A DNA stretch of 64,000 nt from assembly GCA_964291295.2 (NCBI GenBank), contig OZ219754.1, positions 2,368,001 through 2,432,000 on the forward strand, written 5' to 3'. The translations under genes were made by a program, and so were the position numbers. The notes under the pieces were generated by a model. That model saw only the letters and a list, made by a program, of their open reading frames with translations. It was not told where the DNA came from and searched no databases. Shown in pieces: positions 39,083-47,045 of the stretch (the stretch's first letter is position 1; each line of letters starts with the position of its first letter). The DNA is from an uncultured Candidatus Binatia bacterium (GTDB lineage Bacteria > Desulfobacterota > Binatia > UBA9968 > JAJDTQ01).

Positions 39083-40156
39083 ATGCGAAATCCGATACCA
39101 GGAAGAAGCCTTGTACCGGGAAGCCTGATACCAAGGGCGATGGCGCTGGTACTTGGCCTGGTTCTGTGCCTTTCCGGCATGGCGCTGGCGTCGAGTGCCG
39201 AACTGGTGGCCGCGGCCAAGGAGGAAGGCAGGCTCAGGCTGGTGACATTCTCCAGCTTCAGGAAGGCGGCCGAGTCTTTTCAGAAGAAATACGGCATCAC
39301 GGTGGAGGGCACCTACGTGGGCGCGCCCGGCGTTCTCCGCAAGGTAAGCCAGGAATCCCAGGCGGGGATCTTCGCCATCGACGTGTTCGGCACCTCCCCG
39401 GGGCCGTTGAGCGGGCTCAACCACCTGACCCTGCGCTACGAACCCGCCGGCTATGAAAAGGTCGCGCACCACATGACGGCGCTGCCCAGGGAGTGGAACC
39501 AGGTGCCGATCTTCATCCACGTGGTGGGAGCGTCCTACAACAAGGAACTGATCCCGCCGGACAAGGCGCCGCGCAGTATCCAGGAGCTGATCAAGCCCGA
39601 GTACAAGGGCCGGATCATCTCCCGCACGCCGTGGCTGGGGTCCAACTATCTCGTGCACATCGCCTCCCTGCAGGCCTGGTTCGGCGGCAACGAGGAACAG
39701 TGGGCCAGCTACTGGAAGAAGTTCAAGGTCAACGTGGGGCGGTACGAGCCCAAGTGGGGCCCGCTCCACCAGGCGGTGGGTCTCAAGGAGTATCCCCTGG
39801 GCATCTTCACGTTGCCGTACACGCCGTTCACCTTCGGCCGCAGCTATCCCGGGCTCGGCTACTCCACGTTCCGGGAGCCGGCCATCTGGTGGCCCAACAT
39901 GCTGGCGATTCACAAGCAGGCTCCCCACCCCAACGCCGCCAGGCTCTTCATGGAGTTCGCCATCAGCGCCGAGGGGCAGAAGCACTTCGTCGACGAGGGG
40001 CTGATCCCGGCCGACAGCACCATGAAGCCCCGGGCGTCGCTCATCAAGGAGCTTGAGGGCGTCACCTTCTTCGACAGGGCGCCGGAGATCATCGCCCGGG
40101 AGGTCAGCGAGAACAAGGATGCCTGGACGAAGCGCATTCAGGCGCTCTACCAGTAG
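39083..40156 (+). CDS. ABC transporter extracellular solute-binding protein (Fe3+/thiamine/polyamine clan)
   Basis: Signal peptide, AAKEEG, YNKELI...P and APHPNAARLFMEF...EGQ motifs. Confidence 0.88.
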   Translation: MRNPIPGRSLVPGSLIPRAMALVLGLVLCLSGMALASSAELVAAAKEEGRLRLVTFSSFRKAAESFQKKYGITVEGTYVGAPGVLRKVSQESQAGIFAIDVFGTSPGPLSGLNHLTLRYEPAGYEKVAHHMTALPREWNQVPIFIHVVGASYNKELIPPDKAPRSIQELIKPEYKGRIISRTPWLGSNYLVHIASLQAWFGGNEEQWASYWKKFKVNVGRYEPKWGPLHQAVGLKEYPLGIFTLPYTPFTFGRSYPGLGYSTFREPAIWWPNMLAIHKQAPHPNAARLFMEFAISAEGQKHFVDEGLIPADSTMKPRASLIKELEGVTFFDRAPEIIAREVSENKDAWTKRIQALYQ

Positions 40157-40185
40157 GCGCGGGCGCCGGAACGACGCGGGGGGCC

Positions 40186-41286
40186 ATGTTCGAATTCTTT
40201 CCGGGGAATCGAAGCTGGTCCTTCGCGTGCATCCGTCTGCTGGCGGAGAGCTACTACGGCGGCGGCGAGTTCAGCGAGATCCACCGCACCGTGCAGCGCA
40301 TCCGGTCCGGCGATACCGAAAGCTGGCACGCCGAGTGGCATGAGACCGCGGACCGGGTCGCCGCCCGGGGCCGGGAGCACCAGGCCGGCGGTCGCTTCGA
40401 GAGTGCGCGAGCGGCCTTCTTCCGCGCCGCCAACTACTACCGGGTCGCCGAGTTCGTCCTGCCCTTCACCGACCACCGGAAGGTTCCCACCTATCGCAGG
40501 TCGGCCGACAGCTTCCACGCCGCCGTAGCGCTCTCCCCCGGCATCGAATGCGTGGAGGTGCCCTACGAAGACACATCCATGCCCGGCTACTTCTTCCACG
40601 CACCGGCCGCCGCCGGCGGGAAGCCGCCGGTGCTGATCTTCACCGGCGGCGCGGATTCCACCGCCGAGGAGGTTTATTTCGTCGGCGGCCCCGAAGCCGC
40701 CAGGCGGGGCCTTGCCCTGCTCATCGTCGACGGACCCGGACGCGGCGGCATGCTCCGGCTGCGCCACCGCTTGGCCATCCCGGACTTCGAGCGGCCGGTA
40801 TCGGCCATGGTGGACTATCTTGAGAGCCGCGGCGACGTCGACGCCGGCCGCATCGCCCTCATGGGCATGAGCATGGGCGGCTACTACGTCACCCGCGCCG
40901 CCGCCTGGGAGAAGCGCGTCAAGGCCTGCGTGTCCCACTTCGGCCCCTACGACTGCTACCGGGACATCTACGAGTTCTACGAGCCGCTCAGGGAACAGTT
41001 CCGCTGGATCACCGGCTCGAGCACCAAAGACGAGGTGCGCCGCCGCCTGAGTCGCTTCACCCTCGCCGGCAGCATCGGCAAGGTCGAGTGCCCGCTGCTG
41101 ATCCTCCACGGCGAGGACGACATCATCACCGACCCTCGCTGTGCCCGCCAACTCCATGACGAAGCCCGTTGCGAGAAGGAGCTGCGCTACTTCCGCTCCG
41201 GCGAGCCCGGCGCCATCCACTGCGCCTACGACAACCACGCCGAGGTCTTCTCCTTCATGCACGACTGGGTGGCGGCAAAAGTGTAG
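40186..41286 (+). CDS. Alpha/beta hydrolase, FrsA/2,6-dihydroxypseudooxynicotine-hydrolase-like
   Basis: RAANYYR.AEF, GGADS..EE, DGPG.G, GMSMGGY, HGEDD and HC motifs. Confidence 0.85.
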   Translation: MFEFFPGNRSWSFACIRLLAESYYGGGEFSEIHRTVQRIRSGDTESWHAEWHETADRVAARGREHQAGGRFESARAAFFRAANYYRVAEFVLPFTDHRKVPTYRRSADSFHAAVALSPGIECVEVPYEDTSMPGYFFHAPAAAGGKPPVLIFTGGADSTAEEVYFVGGPEAARRGLALLIVDGPGRGGMLRLRHRLAIPDFERPVSAMVDYLESRGDVDAGRIALMGMSMGGYYVTRAAAWEKRVKACVSHFGPYDCYRDIYEFYEPLREQFRWITGSSTKDEVRRRLSRFTLAGSIGKVECPLLILHGEDDIITDPRCARQLHDEARCEKELRYFRSGEPGAIHCAYDNHAEVFSFMHDWVAAKV

Positions 41287-41291
41287 CGGCC

Positions 41292-41816
41292 ATGGACGGG
41301 TTGCTCGACAAGATCTCTTCCTACAACATCTTCAACTACCTTCTGCCGGGCAGCCTGTTTGCGGTTATGGCGGATGCGGTAACTGACTATTGCTTCATCC
41401 AGCAAAACACCATTGTTGGGCTCTTTCTCTACTATTTCATTGGCTTGGTGGTCAGTCGAATAGGCTCTTTGGTTGTCGAGCCTATCTTGAAGGCAGTCGG
41501 GTTCGTCACTTTCGTCGACTACCGGAGATTCATCGAAGCCTCAAAAACCGACCCGAAGATCGACGTACATTCCGAAACGAACAACATGTACCGGACACTG
41601 GCCGCGCTTTTTCTCCTACTCCTGATCGTCATCTTGTTTGACCGATTCGCATCCTTGTTACCTTGGCTGGTGGACGGGTCGCCGTATATCGCCGGGGTGG
41701 CCCTCCTTGCAATATTTCTATTCGCTTATCGGAAACAGAGCATCTACCTCGGCAGGCGAGTCAACGATGCGGTCGGTAGGAAAAGGACCAGATTCGACGG
41801 GGGCGATGCGAAATAG
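41292..41816 (+). CDS. Hypothetical 4-TM membrane protein
   Basis: MDGLLDKISSYNIFNYLLPG...SRIGS...SETNNMYRT...AYRKQ; four hydrophobic segments; AT-richer codon usage than the flank. Confidence 0.8.
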   Translation: MDGLLDKISSYNIFNYLLPGSLFAVMADAVTDYCFIQQNTIVGLFLYYFIGLVVSRIGSLVVEPILKAVGFVTFVDYRRFIEASKTDPKIDVHSETNNMYRTLAALFLLLLIVILFDRFASLLPWLVDGSPYIAGVALLAIFLFAYRKQSIYLGRRVNDAVGRKRTRFDGGDAK

Positions 41817-41949
41817 AGAATGTCTCGATCGAGAGCGAGCAGAGTGGAGCCCGTTGTCTTGGGATGCTTCCTGCCAGAGCGGTTTCGACAAAGGAAGAAG
41901 TGTCGGGTGGCTGGGACCAGACTCAGTCACTGAGACGCAGGACCATTGA

Positions 41950-42453
41950 ATGATTAATGACAGCACGACAAGGCGAAGCCGGCAACCGCGCGGTTGGAAG
42001 CGAATGTTCCTGGACAATGAGGGAAACCCTTCTTCTATGCGCGTAATGTCGGCCGTCGCATTTGTGACCTCCGCATACCTTGCTATCATAGAAGTATTCT
42101 ACAAAAAGGCGTCGGGAGGCGGGGTTGGCAGCAGCGATACCGAGCTCGTGTTCTATTTTCTCGTAGCCGCTTTCATGCCAAAGGCGCTGCAGAAATTCGC
42201 GGAAGGCGACGGTGAGACGACCGCGGCCGGTGTCTTCGACAACAGAAAGCGGTGGTTAACGGATAGGAATGGAAATCCGTCGTCCATGCGATTGATGTCG
42301 CTGGGATCACTGCTGGTTGCGATGGCCTTGGCAGTGATTGAAGTCCAGGACTGGGGATCGGGGGAAGGTAAGAACGAATTGGTGTTGTACTTCCTCGCGG
42401 CAGCTTTCGTGCCGAAGGCTATCCAGAAGTTTGCCGAGAGTGCCCGACAATGA
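41950..42453 (+). CDS. Hypothetical membrane protein made of two tandem 2-TM repeats (holin-like)
   Basis: Two ~65-aa units, each GNPSSMRxMS...ELVxYFLxAAFxPKAxQKFAE. Confidence 0.75.
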   Translation: MINDSTTRRSRQPRGWKRMFLDNEGNPSSMRVMSAVAFVTSAYLAIIEVFYKKASGGGVGSSDTELVFYFLVAAFMPKALQKFAEGDGETTAAGVFDNRKRWLTDRNGNPSSMRLMSLGSLLVAMALAVIEVQDWGSGEGKNELVLYFLAAAFVPKAIQKFAESARQ

Positions 42454-42664
42454 CGGCGCCTACGAAAGTGGAGAGTAACATAGCGGACTCAATCTGTCGG
42501 TCCTCGAATTGTCCGCAGACAACCGTTGAACCCACATCGAAGACCGCACTCTAGCGCTGGAACTTAACTCCTCCATGGCAGTATCGGATCTCTCTCTCTG
42601 TCCTGTGCATCAGTTCATTGTGGAATGTGTGGTCGTCGAATGGGTAGTTTCCAGTGCAAGGCAG

Positions 42665-43444
42665 TTAGGAACCCCAGAAAATAGTGCCATCGCGTCCAGT
42701 CGTTAGTACTCGGCGGGTATGTCCTTTCAAGTTGATTCCTAACGCATGTGCAGCGTAAGTATTGGTTTCCTCCTGAGTTGCAAATTGTTTTGTCCCGTCA
42801 GAGAAGACGACAACTTCGGGGGTACAATAATCGAATATTTCTTTGCAGTATCCACTTGCTCTTCCGTGGTGAGAAGCGATGAATACAGTTACTCTCGATA
42901 GGCTGTCTCGGAAATCAGTAATTTGGAGCAGTTTTTGCCAGGCAGGTTTCTCAATATCCCCAGGAATCATGAAATTGCTCATAGGGGTCTCGAGAAAGGT
43001 CACTAAACTCAGGTTGTTGGTATCCTGAAAGTCTGTAGGGTAGGTACAGTAGAAATTCTTAAGTGTGACATCCGGAAAGCTCGGCGGGTTTGTGACATCC
43101 GAATTGTCGCTGTCGTGCATTGCCAGAAGAGTAGACATCGCATCCGTTATGGGTCCACTCTTTTCCTTAAGTTGTTTTAGTTGAGTCGGTGTAATTGATG
43201 GATTTCCGTGTAGTATGTCTATGCGGACGGCACGCCGGAGATTTGGCAAATCACTGATATGATCTTCGTCATAGTTCGTGATAAACATCCGATGGACAAT
43301 AGATACCCCAGATTGAGGTAGAAACTGTGAGGGTCTATTTTCTGGATCTGTCCTGTGCCCGCAGTCCCATAGCATGACGTTGCCGTTGTCATGCTTCAGA
43401 TGAGCACAAAACCCGTGTCCGACGTCGTGTATTGTAAATCTCAT
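42665..43444 (-). CDS. ComEC/Rec2-like metallo-beta-lactamase-fold hydrolase
   Basis: DVGHG, WDCG, TNYDEDH (variant HxHxDH), NNLS, PGDIE and ASHHG motifs. Visibly the most AT-rich gene in the window. Confidence 0.85.
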   Translation of the reverse strand: MRFTIHDVGHGFCAHLKHDNGNVMLWDCGHRTDPENRPSQFLPQSGVSIVHRMFITNYDEDHISDLPNLRRAVRIDILHGNPSITPTQLKQLKEKSGPITDAMSTLLAMHDSDNSDVTNPPSFPDVTLKNFYCTYPTDFQDTNNLSLVTFLETPMSNFMIPGDIEKPAWQKLLQITDFRDSLSRVTVFIASHHGRASGYCKEIFDYCTPEVVVFSDGTKQFATQEETNTYAAHALGINLKGHTRRVLTTGRDGTIFWGS

Positions 43445-43490
43445 AGTGCTTTCCGTAGCCTAGCTCCAAAGCACTTTGCGGCACACACTT

Positions 43491-44522
43491 TTAGCGCGAA
43501 CGAAATTCTGCGAGCCCAGTGTGCTCCACAAGGTGGCAAATGTTTTGGAGGGTAAAGACCTTGCCGCGCGTAGACAGAAGCAGCTTCTTCATATCCCCGC
43601 GGCGGACACCGAAGCCGCGCCCGGCGATACAGGCAACGACTTCGAACCGCGGTTGATCCGAAGGCTGTCCTTGGGTGCTGAGGGCACCAAGATGCTGGAC
43701 GCGAGTCACCTTGTCGCGAGCAGTTCCGTCGTCTTCGGTCAGCTTCGCTTCGATGACCACCTTGGGGTTGAACTCGTTCGGTACTACGAAGTCAGGTGCT
43801 TGGTCAAAACCCTCCAGACGTTCGGCCCGTCTTGTTTTGCGGTAACTAATGCCCGCACGGTGCAGGACGTCCTCAATCGCGTTCTCGACCACATTGCCGA
43901 TCAACTCGCTGATGGAATCGCGATGGCCTGCGAACGGACGGCCAAGTAGGCGTTCGTAAAGCAGGACTGAATAAGGGATGCCAAGATCGGCTGAGGATCG
44001 AACGCTGGCCATGCCGGTCCTGGTATCCGCCTTGTCGAGCCGGTGGAGTGAATCGGACGATTGCCCATGTACTCCTGCCTTGAGGGCATGGCAGGCTGCG
44101 GCGACCAACGCACGAATGCGCAGTTGGGTTACGCTTCCTGCTTTCGACCATCCGGCCTCCGGGTTGATGCGAATCTTCCGGTCGATAGTGCGGGCCGCGC
44201 CCTGCGTGATCTCGACACCGGTGTGCTGGCTGGTGTAGTAGGCCCACTCCGGCGGTGTGAAGCCGAGCATGCAACGAAGGACAATGAGAACAATCGGGGT
44301 CTCGAGAAAGGCCGGAGCGACTGTCTCTACGGTCACGTCACGAAATCCTCCAGTGGCACGTTTCAAGACCTCGTATCCGTGTTCGAATACCTTGAACTCA
44401 ACGAACCCCTTTCCCTTGGGCATGGTGAGGAATTCGGATTCAAGACAGTTGAACACGGCATCGACGTAGGCGTCGAGGTCCGACTGGACCTCGACGAAGT
44501 TGACCTCAAAAGGAAACGGCAC
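43491..44522 (-). CDS. Putative type II restriction endonuclease (PD-(D/E)XK, DpnII-like)
   Basis: E..IE..L, APDFVVP...VVIEAKL..DDGTARDK catalytic signature. GTG start overlaps the MTase end. Confidence 0.8.
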   Translation of the reverse strand: MPFPFEVNFVEVQSDLDAYVDAVFNCLESEFLTMPKGKGFVEFKVFEHGYEVLKRATGGFRDVTVETVAPAFLETPIVLIVLRCMLGFTPPEWAYYTSQHTGVEITQGAARTIDRKIRINPEAGWSKAGSVTQLRIRALVAAACHALKAGVHGQSSDSLHRLDKADTRTGMASVRSSADLGIPYSVLLYERLLGRPFAGHRDSISELIGNVVENAIEDVLHRAGISYRKTRRAERLEGFDQAPDFVVPNEFNPKVVIEAKLTEDDGTARDKVTRVQHLGALSTQGQPSDQPRFEVVACIAGRGFGVRRGDMKKLLLSTRGKVFTLQNICHLVEHTGLAEFRSR

Positions 44523-46698
44523 GGCGAGTTCCCTCCGTCGTTCGGCCTGCCGCAGGCCCGACCAGTGGCACGCCAGGGCGTGACATGGCGGAAGCTGCCG
44601 AGCGGGCAAGCTCATCGGGGTCACCGTAATTCATCATCGCGTGACGTAACATGGTGATTTTGTCTGTCGTGGGCAGTGAACGCTCCCATGTCTCTCGGTT
44701 TAGCCAGATAGCAATTCGGAGAAGGTGACCGAAGAGGATGCAGCGGATATCGCCATGCGTGGCGGCCCTGCCAGCATCCGAAAGGTGCGCAAGGTCCTCA
44801 CGCACGACCTCAAGCAGTTGTTCGCGGGTATCGAACAGCCAGTGTTCCGGCACCTCGCCAGTCCCCCGGCACACGAACACGGTGTCGACGACCGATGACG
44901 TCGTTCCATGGATGTGGATCGAGCCGGTCATTTCTGCCGGGCAAGGCAACGATGCCGAGCATGCAAGGCCGGCTTCCAGGATTGCAACGCCCACTGCGCA
45001 GTAGGCGTCGGGGGTTTTATGGTGATAGGTAAAGACCAGAGGGGCTCCTGGTTTCAATGCCTTGGCCATCCGGCGGTACACCTCGGAAAGCCCCTCAGTG
45101 AAATGCTCCAGATCACGTTCCTGGGTAACGTTGCCCGTCAACTCGTTCGGTGACCTTGTCGAGGGGCGGTCGAGTCCTCTGGTTTCCTTGCCCACCAGGC
45201 GGCGAAGCCACACGTAACAGAAGTCCATCAACTCGCCGTACTGCACGTTGCCGAAGTAGGGTGGATCGGTGAACACCGCGTCAAGGCTGGCGGGCGCAAA
45301 TGCGGTCTCGGTCGCACTGCAGCAGTGTATGGAGACACGGCGGCGGGTGCAGTCAAGACTTTTGCCGATGCGTTCGTATTCAATGGGAACCCGGATCTTG
45401 CGCGATCCGACATGACGAACTTCGTAGGGCGCGTCGCAATAGCGTTTCGCCCTGATGTACTTGTCCACGATGTTGCTCCAGCCGCCGGATCCGATGTTGG
45501 AACCCGTACCGTTGACGATACCGAGCAGGTTGGATTCGCATTGCACCAAGCTGACCGGAAATCCGTGTACGGAGAAGATGTCGAGCGACTTGAGGGCCAT
45601 CGTGTCGTATCGGCACAACATGTTCTGGTAGCGCAGCAGGTCCGACAGATTCGTTGCAAGCGCATGGCGGATACGGTTGTCTTCGATCTCCGAGATAAGC
45701 CGGCAGCTCAGTTCCAGACCGAGGAGCTGCCGAGGATTGAACATGTCGCGGTAGCGGGAATAGCCCCACCGATGCAACCGGTGCGTCTCGTCACCCGGCG
45801 GAATGATCTGGTCGGGGGCGAAGCGCACATCAAGCCCCGTCCATCGACTCATCGCAGCGGAGGCGCGGGCGATGTCGTCCGCATCGGGTTTCTTGAAAAA
45901 ACGTCCCTTGTGAACTGCCTTTCGTTTGGGGTTGTAGTACTCGATTGCGAAGAGTCGGTGGTTGAGCGGCCGCCGCGCATGGCCGGGGTAGTTGTTGGAA
46001 TGGCCGCAGTGAGGGCAGTCGCACCGACCACGTCGAGCGGGGCCCGACTGCTGAAGCGCAGATCCGCAGACCGTGCAGTCACCAGGATCCTTGCGATCCT
46101 CGACTTGGTTGAGGCCGCCACAATCCGCACAAATCAGGATATCCATGGGATGACGCCGGTTTTCAGCGAGAAGGTACCCAGGGAAAAGGTCGAAGGACTC
46201 TCCGCACGCTCCGCAACTGAGCGTCTTGACCCACAAGAAGGACTTCACGGGCACATTCTCATCGCCGTAGAGCGGACAGGATGTCCGGTAGTAGTCGTCG
46301 AGTTCGCGGCGAAGGACGGCGATCAGGGACTTCGCGGCTCGCTCGTAGGCATCAATGTCCAGGTGCTCGATCTCCTCGCGCACGATCCACGCGGACATGG
46401 GGTTGATATCGAAGCCGGCCACATCGCACCCAAGCCGATTGGCCTCGATCAACGGGGTACCACCGCCCATGAAGGGATCGGCAACACAACGGCCAGAGAA
46501 GTCGTTCGAGCGGAAGAATGTCTGTTCCAGGCTACCTTGGCCGAATTCCGCGAGGACAAGACCGCGGAACAAGGTGCCCGGACGGCGGGCGAACCACTTG
46601 TGAACACCGATGATGGGGCGGTAGCTTTGCTGGTTCTGCTTCTCCCGCAGGGCCATCCTGGCGATGAACGACACATCGAAACGCCGTTCGATGCTCAT
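44506..46698 (-). CDS. Adenine-specific DNA methyltransferase with Zn-ribbon insert (DUF1156/COG1743-like)
   Basis: HKWFARR, SAM motif DPFMGGGT, catalytic TDPPY, and multiple CxxC (CGAC, CADC, CTVC, CPHC). Confidence 0.9.
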   Translation of the reverse strand: MSIERRFDVSFIARMALREKQNQQSYRPIIGVHKWFARRPGTLFRGLVLAEFGQGSLEQTFFRSNDFSGRCVADPFMGGGTPLIEANRLGCDVAGFDINPMSAWIVREEIEHLDIDAYERAAKSLIAVLRRELDDYYRTSCPLYGDENVPVKSFLWVKTLSCGACGESFDLFPGYLLAENRRHPMDILICADCGGLNQVEDRKDPGDCTVCGSALQQSGPARRGRCDCPHCGHSNNYPGHARRPLNHRLFAIEYYNPKRKAVHKGRFFKKPDADDIARASAAMSRWTGLDVRFAPDQIIPPGDETHRLHRWGYSRYRDMFNPRQLLGLELSCRLISEIEDNRIRHALATNLSDLLRYQNMLCRYDTMALKSLDIFSVHGFPVSLVQCESNLLGIVNGTGSNIGSGGWSNIVDKYIRAKRYCDAPYEVRHVGSRKIRVPIEYERIGKSLDCTRRRVSIHCCSATETAFAPASLDAVFTDPPYFGNVQYGELMDFCYVWLRRLVGKETRGLDRPSTRSPNELTGNVTQERDLEHFTEGLSEVYRRMAKALKPGAPLVFTYHHKTPDAYCAVGVAILEAGLACSASLPCPAEMTGSIHIHGTTSSVVDTVFVCRGTGEVPEHWLFDTREQLLEVVREDLAHLSDAGRAATHGDIRCILFGHLLRIAIWLNRETWERSLPTTDKITMLRHAMMNYGDPDELARSAASAMSRPGVPLVGPAAGRTTEGTRRAVSF

Positions 46699-46928
46699 GG
46701 CCTCTTCACGCTCGATCCCCTGTGACCGTCTCGGTCCCGTGCCGAAGTGAGGACAGGGCTGATCGTCGTTGTCTGGTTTCGGTGGGGAAGCTTCTCAATC
46801 GCATGACGTACCACCCGGGAGGCCGATGCCGCCTCACGTTTGGCAGTCTCTACCAGGGTCGCACATGTCGGCCGGTCCAGCTTGACCGTCGGCATGGCGG
46901 GTCTGACACGTCCACGAGGTCGAGCCAT
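46695..46928 (-). CDS. Small ribbon-helix-helix (CopG-like) regulator
   Basis: MARPRGR...TVKLD....TLVETAKREAASASRVVRHAIEKL pattern. Stop overlaps the MTase ATG (ATGA). Confidence 0.55.
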   Translation of the reverse strand: MARPRGRVRPAMPTVKLDRPTCATLVETAKREAASASRVVRHAIEKLPHRNQTTTISPVLTSARDRDGHRGSSVKRP

Positions 46929-47045
46929 GAGATCAGCATAGTGCAGCACAGAACCAATCGCAATCTGACTCCGCAGCTGCTCGACAACCACGCAAAAAGA
47001 GTCGGCGCCCGCCCGGGGAGGGCCGCGGTGGGCCGTTCCGGTGTC

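Larger units (their letters stand above)
41292..46990. mobile_element. Horizontally acquired accessory/defence island (no integrase visible)
   Basis: Abrupt drop in GC and codon bias, RM genes and orphans, inserted between host-like catabolic genes. Confidence 0.6.

Noticed and set aside
41280-47045. att sites or target duplication bounding the island
   Set aside because: No convincing direct repeat, tRNA or recombinase found by eye.
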